DNA of 49,111 nucleotides, counting the filler, from Catajapyx aquilonaris (lineage: Eukaryota): assembly GCA_000934665.2 (NCBI GenBank). It is 3 parts of 3 records of this genome, joined end to end, with 100 filler letters (N's around TTAATTAATTAA, not from the genome) between each part and the next. Parts side by side here need not be neighbours in the genome. Positions count along the whole stretch, not along the records: positions 1 to 16,275 come from JYFJ02007241.1; 2 more parts are not named here. One strand, written 5' to 3'. A model generated the notes under the pieces. That model was given only the letters and a program-made list of their open reading frames with translations, did not search any database and was not told the origin of the DNA. Shown here piece by piece: positions 1-13,436 of the stretch; within the stretch, counting starts at the first letter, position 1; every line of letters starts with the position of its first letter. A program made the translations under genes and the position numbers.

Positions 1-862
1 GATGCTCTAATAATATTCCAAACTTCATTTTAAGGAATGATGGCAAGCTCATCAATCAAGGCGAGGGGCGCGGGCGTATTGAAATACGTGGGCAATTAAA
101 GGATTTTCGACCAGATTCGACATGACTGAAACCAGCAGGTCACCACCATTCCGAGGGGATCAAGGCATTGTAGGGACATGGACGCTCCACATGGAGTTCT
201 TGCCTGATCCAAGACCTGCCGAGAACAAAAGCGGACAAGTTCAAGTGTATTTTACTTGCGACCCCGCACCAGAAGAGCCACCCTTGATCCATCCTGAATG
301 GATAATGGCAATAGTTAGAGACACCCAGACTTCCTCTTCCAGACCTAGGAAAGGTCATGAACCAGTTGAATAGCACTGCCTTTAGTGTCACATGGCTGCA
401 GTAGGACGTTAAGGCTAAGGTGCTCGTGGGCAATGCCCAGGAGTCAGAAAACGGCATATAAAATAATATAAGTGCTTGGAGCTTGTTCTGAAATCAACTA
501 GTCAGGGGGGACAAATGGACAAGCCACTGCAAACACAAGTTTAGCAGGTAAGATTGTAATAATATATTACAAATAGTTTTTATTATCATTGAATTTCCTT
601 GTAGTTTTCAATACCGTTAGCGGAAGTGACTTTGTGATAGTGAAGTCCCTCAAAGGATGACAGGTTGGGCGAAAGCACCAAACATTGCGTGGAGTTTTGT
701 TTGATCGCATGCTAATCTTAATATATATGTTCGAGAACATGAGACATTTCGGAGCCCAGGTAAGTGGCGACCCTACCGGACTAGACTGAACTTTATCGGT
801 ACAAAAGGGAAGCGCTACATTGAGGGACGCAACATGGGCCCGCATGTAGCGCTTTCCTTTAG

Positions 863-1834
863 TCTACGGGGCCACGTGACTAAGCTCAGAGCGGATGAAG
901 CCGTGCTCCGAGAGAAGTACGACGCATTAATCCTGCACCATGACGAGCAAGAAACTCTGAAGGTCCTCAATTCCCCCTTAATTAACCTGTTTTCTTGGAT
1001 TTATGTGCACTGTTATTCAACACCCCCAATGTGTCTTACGTTGTATCTTCTTGCGTAGGAATCGGTTTCCGCAGAGCTCCGCCGTGGGCAGGAGTTAAAG
1101 CGACAAGCAATCGAAACCGTGATGCAAAAACACAGTGATAAAAATACAAGGCGGATTTAGCCACGACACTCGCAGACCTTACGCAGGCAATGAGACACCA
1201 GGAACGGCAAGGAACAGACCAATTCACCGCAACATTCGGCGAAAAAATAACATCCTTGGAAAAAGAGGTAAGAGCTATGTAATTTTCCTTTTCATTTTCT
1301 TTGGAGAGGATTTGGCACTCTGATCACAAGCTTTACTGGCATATTTTGCACTTCAGGTGAGTCAAATCAGGACCACAGCAACCACAACCCAGGAGAGGCT
1401 CGACTCGGCGAATAACCGCATCGCTTACCTGCAAGAGCATATTGAAATTCGCCTCACAACAATCAACTTGCTCAGTGGTGACCTCCACGCCCAAGAAATT
1501 AGGGAGACGAAAAGACTGCAAAAAAAAACCCTACAAGAACTAGAAAGTTGCAATGCAGCCAACCGATTGTTGGGATCTTACAAAGAAGCAGGTACGCTGC
1601 AATCTGATCATCTGAATCAGGATATTATTATATCTTTAGAGTTAATAATCTATGCTCAATGTGTAAATTTGTGTTTGTTTCACTAAGATTATCCCAGATT
1701 TCGGCATCTCCACATATTGCGAAATACTCGAGTCTGCAGAAGAGGCCTCGGATGCGAACAACACACCAGCCCGAAAGACTGAGCCACCCAGCAGGGTGGA
1801 TGGGAAGAAGTCCACCAGAACCTTGCAGAAATAA
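863..1834 (+). pseudogene. Spliced coiled-coil-like coding remnant of unknown family (exons ~863-962, 1059-1267, 1357-1591, 1688-~1834)
   Basis: GT-AG introns of 96, 89 and 96 nt join helical heptad-like peptides (LRGHVTKLRADEAVLREKYDAL..., ESVSAELRRGQELKRQ..., KYKADLATTLADLTQAM..., QERLDSANNRIAYLQEHIE...). The 209-nt exon needs +1 nt in an A-run near 1140 to stay in frame. The frame of the last exon is uncertain. Confidence 0.45.
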
Positions 1835-2184
1835 CATAAGGCATAGAAACACAACTGTTGATGTTGCTTGCATTATGGATACTTTTACATTTTGGGGCGT
1901 ACTTTTTTGATGATGTTCGCCGGTGGTTTCTGTTGGTTTTGCTGTTGTTTAGTTGTTTTTTTAGTTTTTGGTTTTTGTCTGAGTTATTTAAGTGTCCCAA
2001 CGCTCGCACTGTACAAATACGAAAAAATCGAATGAAATCTATTTGTACGAGTTTTATTGTATTTCACATTTCCATCTTTCAGCAAATAATAGTGGTTTTG
2101 CGATCCGATAGAAACGCTCAATTTTACTGCATTTTATTCCGGTAGAAAAGGCCTGAAATAAGCTTATTTCACGGTCTTGTTTCG

Positions 2185-2460
2185 TCCCCGAAATGTGAAC
2201 AAAGAGAGACTTCCATTCGATTTTCTTTACCACACAACATGGTGCAATAACATATGTCACCGCCTTTTCCTGGCTCCAAATGTGAGGGAAGAAGCAAGAC
2301 TTCCAGTTGATTGTTCGCGCTCGAAATCTTGCTCCAAATGTGAACAAATGAAGACTTCCATTGGTTATTTTTGACGTAGAACATGGTTAAATAACATAAT
2401 CCAACGCCTTTACCTGGCTCCAAATGTGACTAAAGAAAGACTTCCATTTTATTTTTCGTA
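2185..2460. repeat. Degenerate tandem repeat, four AAATGTGA...AGACTTCCA units arranged as a ~145-bp dimer
   Basis: The motif recurs near 2190, 2277, 2335 and 2420; ACATGGT..AATAACATA...CCTGGCTCCAAATGTGA occurs twice. Confidence 0.6.
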
Positions 2461-4933
2461 ACACGAACTCACGCAATAAGGAACTTTCACATCAGTCTCA
2501 TAATCTAAATAACTTATATAGAAAGATAGAACTATGCATCTGGAAATAACCACAAAAAAGCCACACATTGGAATCCAACGTCGGTGATGAAGGACACATC
2601 GGAAACAAACATTTTCCATCCAGAAACTGGAGCGACAGAGCAGGACATTTTAATCGATGCACTATGTTCGGTTGAGTGGGAAGGTTTCAAAGGAACTGCG
2701 ATTCGTCGACAAGGAATTATTCGCTTTCTCCACCTGATTGATCGCATGGACTTCATCCGTCGGGATCTTACCACTTGGATCCATTTCACCACTGATTTCT
2801 TTTCGACCACTACTCACGTTTGTAAATAGTGTAATTAAATAAATATTTTTGTGCAGAACTTCTGTTGCGTGTTTGGCGAGGCTCCAAGAGGAAGTGAATA
2901 TCAGGACTTCATAGAAAAATTAAACTACACATCATCATCCCCATAATAACATTATAAATTGTTAAACAATACGGTAAAGTGGGGCTACTCTGTACCAATT
3001 TTTGGTTATTTTGGTTAATATCTCCCTTATTGCAGTTTCGATTTTTAACAAAAATTATACACCATTCTTGAACATCTTAGTAAACTTATGCACTATTGTT
3101 CGTGCAGGGCAGATTATATAACACTGTACAGAAAATGGCAACTAGTTGGACTAAAGTAGCCGCATGGGGCTTCGGTCCAGTATGATGAACCCCTTGGAAA
3201 AATGTCCATGGTTGAATATTAAACCCCATTGATGAGTGTAACATTGGTCGCCATGTACTAACTAAAAAACGTTAATAGCTCTGGAACTGAAACTGATTTC
3301 CTAAAACGGAATATGCAAAAAAAAATAATGCCAAAAATATGGGCAAATTTATGATCTACTTTCCAAAATGAAGGCTAGGATCAAAATTATTTCTTGACTT
3401 ACATATGCCTGGAACGGCAACTAAATGTACAAATCCTAGCATGCTAAATGAAGGTGACACCTACACGTGCGGCAGAACTCAGGGATTGGGGTAAGGCAAT
3501 GTATGGCTCAAAAACTCCGCCGTCAAAAGTGTCTGAAAACAGCCTTATCAACACTATACCATTCCTTCTATCATCATATCTACATAAAAGGTGGTTGAAA
3601 TTATATGAAGAGAGACATACTATGCCCAAATTCCGCACGATTTGTCCAATTAATTAGGAGTTACACAATGAATGAATTAACTAAAATAAAGACCAGATGT
3701 GTGGCAAAACATCACACTGCCAGCAACACTTCATTAGACAAGCAATATTAATGTCCCTGGTGTGGGTCCAAGAGCGATCTAAAGGGTCTACTAGCAACAA
3801 GCAAATTTGGATATTCTCTAGAGATCATCCCTCACCTTTCACGCTGCCAGATGTACGTCTTCATTAGAAACTGTAACAGCATCACAACAGAAATGTAGCC
3901 TACAGTCAATAATTTTCATGCTCGACTCACAAGCAAAGACAATTCCTGATACAACAAAATAATGAAGCATCTGATAACGCTGCGTAATGTATAAGACCCA
4001 TGTATAAGACCAGCGCAAAGCTTACAGCAGAAAGCAATCAGATTATTCAGTTCATATCCAACAACATGATATCATCGCACGCGGCTAGTACCCATTTGGT
4101 TAATGCAAATTGTAGGCACGTGGCGAATTTATAACATAATTATTGCAAACTAACTTGCTTCTTATAAGCATCTTTATCCATATCTGCTGTGAAAGGAGCA
4201 TGAAAGTGGTCAAATAAGAGGAGGACGAGGTTGAAGATGGCCCTGCGACGTCATTATTTCAACCATTTTTGAGCAACAATCTGCGTCACTTGGATACCTC
4301 CACGAATGTAATACATGCATCGATAGAGCTTCAAAACTAGGTAAGTCATCTTTGTAACTTTTCCAGTTTTCGAATAAAACAGACGAGAAGTTTCAACACC
4401 TTTTCGCAGGAGCCCCTATTATTCTGTCCAACCCCTGTATCGTATATTAACCCCTGTCATGTTACATAAATTATAGAATGAAAGCCTATGAAATAACCTT
4501 TAAAATTAGTTATTACTCATATTTACATCTAGTTATTGAGAAAATTGAAGCCGAGTCTTGCAGTATAAGGCGATTTTAATAAAAATTTGAATAATTAAGG
4601 TTTAATAACTTTGGAATAAATGCTTTCTCAGTAGGCATACAATTTCCAGGTCTTGATGATCTGCCATTAGTTCCAGGGGAACCGGCCATCTTGAGACCAG
4701 CACCTTCTAGTAGATACTCCAGAGAAAGGACTCCAGAGTAGGACTGTTGCTGATTTTGAAAACTGGGATGACGAGGTCACTGTAATATCAGAAACAGGTC
4801 CTTTAGACATGGGATTTAATCCGGTGGATTATGCTTGGCAAGGGAAACATTGCCAAATAATGTGATTGCCAGTGATTTCGATGAGCTACGATAGTGGAAT
4901 AATGCATAACATTTGCATGTATCAAGAACTGCG

Positions 4934-5292
4934 CCAGCACCGACAGCATGGAAAAGAGTCCTTTCAGATGGTACCTGTGGCTTCCGCTACTTCAGTTACA
5001 TCCTGACAGGTAGCGAAAATTAGCACCAACAAGTCAGGACAGCAGTAGCCGATATCATGTACACCAATAGGGATAAGTTAAAACAAATATTGACGCATAC
5101 ATTTCAGAAAAAAATGATAACGGACAAAGAATGGATGACAGACGTAGAAATCTTCGCATTTTCAGCGATGACAAAAATGTATGTGTCCCATTTTTTCAAG
5201 AGGGGAGTGGCATGATTACAAACAACACAAGTCCGTAGACAGACAGGATCGCACCCTCTGCGAATCTGACTCATTACTATGAGACCTTGTAA
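4934..5292 (+). pseudogene. OTU-like cysteine protease/deubiquitinase domain remnant
   Basis: Reads KRVLSDGTCGFRYFSYILTGSEN*HQQVRTAVADIMYTN...EWMTDVEIFAFSAM, matching the OTU Cys box (DGxCxFR) and W..D.EI.A motif. In-frame TAG at 5021-5023. A His-box-like NLTHYY follows after a frame break. Absent from the ORF track. Confidence 0.65.
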
Positions 5293-7952
5293 TTCATTGC
5301 TGATAATAACTTAATACAGGTGCTGTGCTTAAGAAATCAGGCACAACACAATGTCTATTTCATGCAGAGTACTGTACATTTGCCGTCTGGTACAACGCGC
5401 CAAGTATTAATTATTATTCGGAACTGATTGTTCTTCCATAAATAAGTCAACATGAAACAATACAAGTCAATCAACCGCTTAGACCAGTTTATCGCAACAA
5501 CACTGATTACAGTATCATTTGGAATTAGTAGGGCGGTTAAGGAGCGATTTTGGGGGGTACCTTGCACTTTGTGATTAAAGCATCCCACTTGGCACATACA
5601 TGTGTCACTTGGACCTATGTGAGCCGATTTCGAGTTGTTGCCAAGTTGGGGGGTCATGCAGGGGGGGAAAGGGGGGGGGGGGNGGGGGGTCATACGTGGC
5701 ACCAACGGACTTCGGTCAAATTCTTCCCAATTTTTATACGTATGTTGTGGGCAACGACACCCTGGTCCAGCCTCAGAATCCAGCCTCAGTGATAATATTC
5801 AGTTAACCACCAAATTAAGTTAACCACCAAACAAGGTGTTCAAATAAGAGCAAATCTGCCATGCCGACAGAATAATAATAATAACGAATGGCGCCAATCA
5901 AATAATGCGGAACAGTCCTAGCTTTCTTTCATTTGATAAGAATTCCACGCTAATTTACGACTCATGCTGTTGTGCCCACACTTCATATCGACAAGGCACT
6001 GTTAAAGCCAAATTTCTTTGGGTATGGGCCTCTAACTAGGACTTAGTTTGAGTTTTTTTTGTAATGAAAAACGTAATTTCAGAGTCGAGTTACTGGCACA
6101 TGGAGAGCAGCATGGACCAAGATTTTGCTGCAGGTTAGTTGCTACTTACTGAATTCAGTAAACTGAATATTTGTAAGACCTGAAGGATTTCTTTATAGGT
6201 GTTGATCATGGTGGATGCTGTGAATGCTCTCTATGTGATGGCCCGGAATACCCGGTAAGACCAGTTTGTGCTGAAGGGTCATGCATTAATTTCATGTGAT
6301 TTCTTGTCATCTGTTCAAGTTTCATTCCACAATTAATTGATCATTATTCATTACACTGACTTAGTTAAAAAGGTGCATGGTTGAGGGCGTAATCAAGGAA
6401 TCAAGGGCAATCAAGGAAGTGAAGCATGGAGGCAATGAAAAGAAGGACTACCATTGGAAGGACCATCATTGCAAAATAATGTAGAGATAATACCAACACT
6501 CATTCAGTCTTTACCTTGCGACAGCTGCAGACTTCCGGGACAGTACGAAGTGCACATCCTTTGATTTGAGCATAATGAACCCAACAACAGATGAAATCAT
6601 GTCTCCCATTTGTGGTCGAAAAAGTGTATTATTCCCTGTCATTGTGAACAACTGCTAATAATCAGCACACCGGCCGTATGATTGTGGAGGAGCAGAGATA
6701 TCACCCAAATAGTCAGGATAACTGCGACTATCACACATTCCATTTACCATCAGAGCAGCAGGTACATACAACATGGCACTCACAATTTTGAATTAGCACT
6801 GACACTCTGTGTCTATTAACACACCCTTCATACCCAATAATGGAAAGTAGAGATTCCACATATGGATAACATCACAGAGTCTGACTGATAATCTCAATGT
6901 AACATGTAAGTGAGAATTAGCAAACAAAAAATACTCCTCTCAATATTCGCATAATGTATTGGTATTGTAGGCTACCTTGCACAAACACCAACAAGGACGT
7001 ACTCGATGAAATCATGCGCCGAGGACAGTTTAGGTGCGACAAGTGCTCCCCAAACGACCAATGTAAAGTAATAATGAAGCTATGCTACAACAAAGGAATA
7101 TCAACAACCAAAACATGCCAGGACAAAATATATAATTAATTAGTGACACAAAAGGCACGAGACCCCCAATGGGCTATTCCCCCCCTCGCCTGGGTGTCTG
7201 CCCCTTGTACCGGGGCCGCCCCTGGTGCTAATCCGACGTCGGGGGCCGATCCAACCAAAATACGTCTCAACCGAAGGGGGGAAAAAAATGGAAGTGACGC
7301 TCCAGGGTGGCCAACACAACCTATAAACAGTTGAGCGCATGCGTCAACATGATGTAACGGTCAACCGTTGGCTGCACTGCAACAGAAATTATCGATATGC
7401 AAACAATATTGATACTTCGGCTGTTTGTCTCCGGGGGGGGNNNNNNNGGGGGGGGGGGGGGAAACATTTAGAGACGGCTAATGTGTCTAGCAACCCTCAT
7501 TGTTTGACTACAAGGAACTGAAGAAAAGAGTGCAAACACACAGAATGACAGCCGCGGTTCGAGGGGACCCCAGGCGCTTGCCGGGATGGTCAAAATGACG
7601 AAGGCTCTGTCTACTTCTTTGCTTATAATAAAATCAATTTGCATAACATGCTGCATGAAGCCAGTTTGTGCGCATTATCTTGGCACGACATGGCCATGAG
7701 ATATGCCAAAAGGGTAGATTGTGCGTAATTAAATCCGTATGAAGACCACCTAGGGATGACTATTGCGTGAAAATGAGATTTCCCATAGGTTAACCGGACA
7801 AATACGTAATCCATCTTGACGCAACACATTGACAACCTGCTGCTGCAGGGTAATCACTCATTCTTGGAATGATCAATAATACACTATTGGGTATGCCCGT
7901 GTTAGTGTCATGCGAGGTCTCTTCAAGTCTGCACGAGCCAGTATAAGCAACA

Positions 7953-9357
7953 ATGTTCAAGCGACACAACGCTGTCAAACCAGTTTCCTTCGTGCACACT
8001 CAGAATGTGCCTGCGTTTTGGAAGGCGTTTCGACCCGTGGCCTGCTTGGGTGTGTTTGGCGGGTACATGCCATACCCTCTCCCGATGCAACCAAACGAGG
8101 TCAGCAGGTGGTGGCTACGGTGGCCTGCATTGGCTCACCTGGCCCTGCTGGCATCCACCCTGGCCACCTACGCCTTCCACATGCCTCCTCAGCTGCAAGG
8201 AGTGTCTCAGCTGGGCTCCACCAAAGGGACCTCTGCCGCAACAGACTTCGCCATGAACATTGGCTGCTCCTGGTCCCTGCTCCTCCTCATGCAGACAAAG
8301 GTCCGGTCCACTTGGGACATCCTCTTCAGGATGTCCCGTCTGGATGTCCCTCTCTTCAACCAGAAGAAGCTGCGGAAGTGCTCGGTTCTCCTGGTCTGCT
8401 TGGGGCTGTTCATGACTCTGATGAGAGCCTTGCACCCTATCTCGGACGCGATCGGATCCAAGGACAAGCGCGGTTGGCTGCCTCTCACTTACGTCTTCTT
8501 CATCTGGCACTGCTCGGTTCCTGTTTACGTGCTTCTCACACAAATCGCATTCATGGCTCTATCATTATGCGAGATCATCAAGAAGATTAACGAGGAAATA
8601 AGCCGAGTCTGTGTCCGTCTCTGTTCAAACGATTGTTACGATGAGCAGGCCAAGGTGAGGTTGCAACAGCTACTGGACACACTCAGCTCCAGCTTTGATC
8701 TTGTGGGAGATATTTCAAAGGTGTATGGCATGCCGATAGTCTTGCTGTACTTGATTATTGTGATAACGATTACCAATACGATTTTCAACATGATTCTGTC
8801 CGGGTTCGGAGAAGCAACGTCGATACAGGTGTCGTGCAGTGTGTTCATAGTGGCGACAGAAATAGCGGCCATTTCAGGATTCACCGTCGTTTTGGGAACG
8901 ATTCCTGAACATGTAAGTTTAACCCTCGGGAGAAAATAGGCAGAATAATTTTTGCACATCCCTTTTCAGTATAACGGGTCGTTGAAGCAGATAATAAAAA
9001 CATGTGCACTGCACAAGACGCGTGGATACAAAGAGCAGGTGAGTTTACATAATAATGTTCGACATGACAGGTAAAGTAACACTCAAATTTCAGGTAACGG
9101 GGTTAATTCAAAACATGTCTGGTCCACCGGTGCAAATCACGGCAGCCAACTTTTTTGCCATCAATCGTAGTCTGTTGACAACCGTAAGTTGGCAATTCCA
9201 GACAATTTAGTGACAGTAATATAGCACAGAGGAATGAGACCTGTTTTCTTCTCTTTTTCAGATTTCTGGTGCTGTGACGACCTACATTATTGTGTTGGCA
9301 CAGTTTCAAGGTGCAGAAGAAGGACGCAATACGGCCGCAACTGCACGAAATAATTAA
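7953..9357 (+). CDS. Gustatory receptor (7TM chemoreceptor) GR-A, intact, ~404 aa; exons 7953-8912, 8970-9038, 9094-9183, 9262-9357
   Basis: Hydrophobic long exon 1, three phase-0 GT-AG introns, 90-nt exon VTGLIQNMSGPPVQITAANFFAINRSLLTT, last exon with TM7 motif TTYIIVLAQF, AATAAA at 9364-9369. Confidence 0.92.
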
Positions 9358-9751
9358 TTTTAAAATAAACGGACATCTTCCATGTCTTAGGATTCTAGAA
9401 AGATTCAGTGCACAAAAGTAATGAGGCGCAAACACCTATACATTACACAATACTGCTCGTAAACTCCACACGTGTTTCTCAAATTAAATTAATTATTATT
9501 AGTGACCTTGTGTTGCCCCACTTGGCGTTTCAATTGATTTTCCTACAACGTGCCCACACCCATCACAACAATAGAATTTAGTGCCTCAATATCTCAAGAC
9601 TTGTCCCTGCCTTGCCAAGCTGTCAGTGTACGCACCTTTATGCCAGCCCCATTATCGACAGTCGAAACTCTTGTATGATTCATACACCGTGCTATTCAAG
9701 TAAACGCACAATTACCAGCCAGAAGTAATCCCTCCTGAGAGAATATACAAC

Positions 9752-11120
9752 TTATGTCATTTGTTTTGCATTGTCCGGCTCTTTGAACTGAAGAAGTACG
9801 ATGAAATTTGTGATGGATGCTCCTACAACCTGGAAGGAAACCCACGTAAATAATCTAATATACAATATCGTAACACAATCTTAAAATAATTATACGTATG
9901 TCTTACAGACGTCAGAATACCACGCTGAATTGCGAAGAAGTTTCCGGCTGTCAAATGAATGGGTGGTCCTGTCATCTTCTGAATCAAGGCTTGAACCTGG
10001 TCATAAGATTAATGACATTTATGTAATCGACCAAAATTACGTAGCGTCTGTCTTATTTGGTAACGTAACTAAATAATGCATTGCAGATGTTTAAATAACT
10101 AGACCAACCTGAACATGACAATCTTGAGTGATAGATCGAGCTGATACCAAATACTTCAAGGATTTGGTAGCCTGAAAACAAATCAAGTGATATTGTCGAT
10201 TTGTATTCAATGCATTGCTATACACTACAACAACTTACCTCCTCTGCTATGCTTCCAACCAACGATGTCATGTAGTACACGAGCATCAACCGACACGACC
10301 AGGATACCACCGAAAATATTTTCATAGGTATTGTCAGCTCCTCCCACAGGTGCAATACTAGAAACAAGATGCTGACTAGTTCCAGTATGAAGTAGGCGAA
10401 TGTGATGCACATAACCAGACCGTACGTCTCGCTCACTTGCTCCACAAACTCGCACAGCTCAAAGTACAGCAGAGTTATTTTGGAGAATCCCATCCTCACA
10501 GTAGGCTGCAGCTTCTCTCCCCACGAACAGTATGGGAGGAGACATTCGCTCCTGATGGATTCATTCAAGTGACCAAACCTGCGGGCAATTCCCACAGAAA
10601 AGTAGACGAGATGGCCCGGAATCAAGTCCCGGATGGCGATGGCTTGGAACATGAGGAGTGCGTTACACACGTAGACCCGACTGCCTCTCAGGTGCTTGTA
10701 GTACGAGAAGAACGTAGAGCAGACCGCAGCATCCACCAGAGAAAATGCGACTGCTTTCCACGAGACACGTCTCATCGCACTTTCCTCCACGGGTATGTCA
10801 AGTGTCCCCAATTTCAGGAGGACCCTGTTGACATCCTTCCAGGTGAAGACAAAGACGACAGCGTTCATCCATGGCATCAGGAAGAGCTGGGCGTGACACA
10901 AGACGTAGGCGTAGTCAATGGTCGTGGTCGGATGGGTCAGTTCGGAGATGTCTAGTTGTCCTTCAGACACGAACCAGACCAACACGGACCCGGTGAATAT
11001 CAGGTTGACAAGAGTGGGCCACCTGTGAACGACTCGTGGGCTGTGCAGAGGGTATGGCCAAATGCCAAAAATGGCCGAAGTGGCGGCTAAGGGGGCAAAA
11101 GAATAGGACGCAGCAACCAT
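9752..11120 (-). CDS. Gustatory receptor GR-B, intact, ~370 aa; exons 11120-10239, 10171-10109, 9996-9907, 9829-9752
   Basis: Same three phase-0 introns; exon 3 VQALIQKMTGPPIHLTAGNFFAIQRGILTS; last exon VVGASITNFIVLLQF. Confidence 0.9.
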
Positions 11121-11726
11121 CTTGAATTAGAGTCGTAGAACGACTCATAGTATTGCATGCAACTGTTTCGGGCATAAGCTGTCACCATGACTTATCATAT
11201 ATGAATATTTTGAGCGTAAGAAATCACTTGATTCAATTGTTGTTGACATGTACGAATGTTGAGCGTTTTCATTTTACATCAGGATTTATTACTACTGGAC
11301 GTTGAACACGCGCAGCAATAGTTGTTGACGGACAAAAACTGCTTCGACCAAAGTCTTTGTAACGTATTGTTATTAGTAGAGTTGATGTTGTTAGTAATGA
11401 AACGCATTGTGACCTCTTTAATGACGATTTGTCTTCGTCACACTAAAATTGCAGGATTCATGGCGAGTGAGACAAATGGTTTATTGCATTGACAAGTTCT
11501 GTCAAAATGAACAGTGGCAAAATAGAAGGCTCGAAATAATATACCTCAAGCATGAGCCTCGTAATTGTCTCTTCAAGAGCTTCCGTAAATCTATGAAACA
11601 CACTCACGTGACATCTGGAGAATAATTCTTTGCACGTCCCAAATTTATGCCCCCCAATAACATAATACAAGACCAGAGACAACCGCTCATAAAAGAGTTT
11701 GTTTATTGAGTAGGCTCACTAGAAGT

Positions 11727-13057
11727 TCAAGTATTTGAGGTAGGTTCAGCCTCCTTGAACTGCGCTAGGACAACCAGATACGTGGTCAATGCCCCTGCAA
11801 TCTGAATCGTAAAATAATAATTGTCAAAATGAAGTCATACAGTACACACTGGTGAATGACACACATACCGATGTTACAAGACCGCCGTTGATGGATGAAA
11901 AATTTGGAAGCCGTGCTTTGAACAGGAGAATGACATGTCATTTGATAAATCAGTGCTTGAACCTGCAATTCATAAATTATTAGTATGTATTGATGTTTTT
12001 AATAGCATGAGCAGAGAAGGTTACCTGTGATTGGCAGACCGGATTCACTCGAATAAGAACTCTCAATGACGTCGCTGCCTGCCACAATCAATAATAGTGC
12101 TGTTGAACACTGCCTCATTGTGACCATGGTAGAGGCATGATCCACAGAGATGACCACAATATGACGCACAAATATGACCAGGACTGACCTCACAGGGAAT
12201 TTCTCCCAGAATGATTGTCAAGAATGCTATGGCTGCAGCAGGTAGAACACCTTCCGGCACCATCATGAGAGTTCTGGTCGAGAAGTCTCCCGAAAATGCT
12301 GTCAGGATCACGTAGAAGAGACAGCTAGTCGTCCACACCAGAAAGGTCAGGTAAAACAGCGCCAGAAGCATTCCGTACACGTCGGAAATGAAGTTCACCA
12401 AGTCGTAACAGCGATGCATACGGTCACATAACTTCTGCAGAAGAACATCAGTTCCTTCTTTGCCTTCATCACATGCGGATGTGATCTCACCATTCACTTG
12501 GTGCAATTCAGCTCGTAAAACCATGGCTAAGAAGGTGACCTCTGTCGGGAGTGCAAACCACAGCAACAAACCATGGCAGCAGGCAACGACGTATACAGAA
12601 CGGAAACAAAATTGATGCGAACGGCAAGTTTCATTTCGATTATCATCACACAAGGAGTGAGCAAAAAGCACAGGAAGATGAATGTTAGGTAGTGCTTGGC
12701 CACCTTCACCTTGCACGAGTGCACCTGAGACACTGCGACGACCAGTGTCCAGCATATCTGCTCTCTTCTGGTCAGCAAAATGAAGAAGATGGTCCAAGAT
12801 CCGCATAAGAAGGCAGAGGCGTAGATGAGCCATGTCACTTTCTCTGTTGGACCCATCTCTGAAGGGTCGCCCATCTGTGCAGAAAAACTGGTGCACACCA
12901 CAACATACACAATCAGCAATCCCACGTTGACTAAAGCAGACCAGTGAGTCCGCCAAGACTTGCTGTAGCTGTCCATTGTTGTGGACCAGGAACACGGGAA
13001 GTGTCCTGACATCACACTGGTCTGAAAGCAGTCCAATACGAGTGACTGTGATCCCAT
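11727..13057 (-). pseudogene. Gustatory receptor GR-C pseudogene; exons 13057-12189, 12078-12025, 11962-11869, 11801-11727
   Basis: Exon 1 is split between two ORF-track frames (shift near 12600-12640). Exon 3 is 94 nt versus 90 nt in the paralogs, a second frameshift. The last exon IAGALTTYLVVLAQF is intact. Confidence 0.85.
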
Positions 13058-13436
13058 GGCCTGCGATGTGGTCTTATGCGTTTCATATTGCAAACTGAAG
13101 ATCATTTCCAGATGTAGTTTGTTGTCATATTCTCTCATAAAAGTCATAAGCAATGCTCTTTGGAGCACATTTCGTGACAATATAAATCAATGTGGGCAAC
13201 AGCAGCCACTTAGGTGGGAAGTAGATGATCGATGGGGCTTTAATGCAGCCGTGAACTTAACATTACAGCAATATTCATATAGTCATGTCAAACAGAATTG
13301 CAGGCACTAACTTCTAAGATGGATTGACTGTAAGTCTGTAACCATCCAGTTTAAGCTACAATTTTATTGCAGTCCATATCAACAATATCTATACACCTGT
13401 ACAGTAAAGCTATACACGTACAGGAAGAAGGACGCA

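Noticed and set aside
2185..2460. Repeat-spacer-like pattern (CRISPR-like)
   Set aside because: The units are degenerate, the spacers are themselves duplicated, the context is eukaryotic and there are no cas genes.
2972..4440. Single TIR-like ends (CGGTAAAGTGGGGCTAC at ~2972; CTGTCCAACCCCTGTA at ~4424-4439)
   Set aside because: No matching partner TIR was found in the window, so element boundaries cannot be supported.
5661..7461. Poly-G tracts containing Ns (5661-5689, 7433-7461; also 42096-42305) as G-quadruplex elements
   Set aside because: Their lengths are unreliable because they coincide with sequencing or assembly breaks, and one lies inside a MITE.
7910..8590. Long alternative-frame and antisense ORFs over GR exons (also 8115-8543, 10437-10955) and over Prdm exons (17895-18548)
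   Set aside because: Shadow ORFs of GC-rich coding sequence with no independent features.
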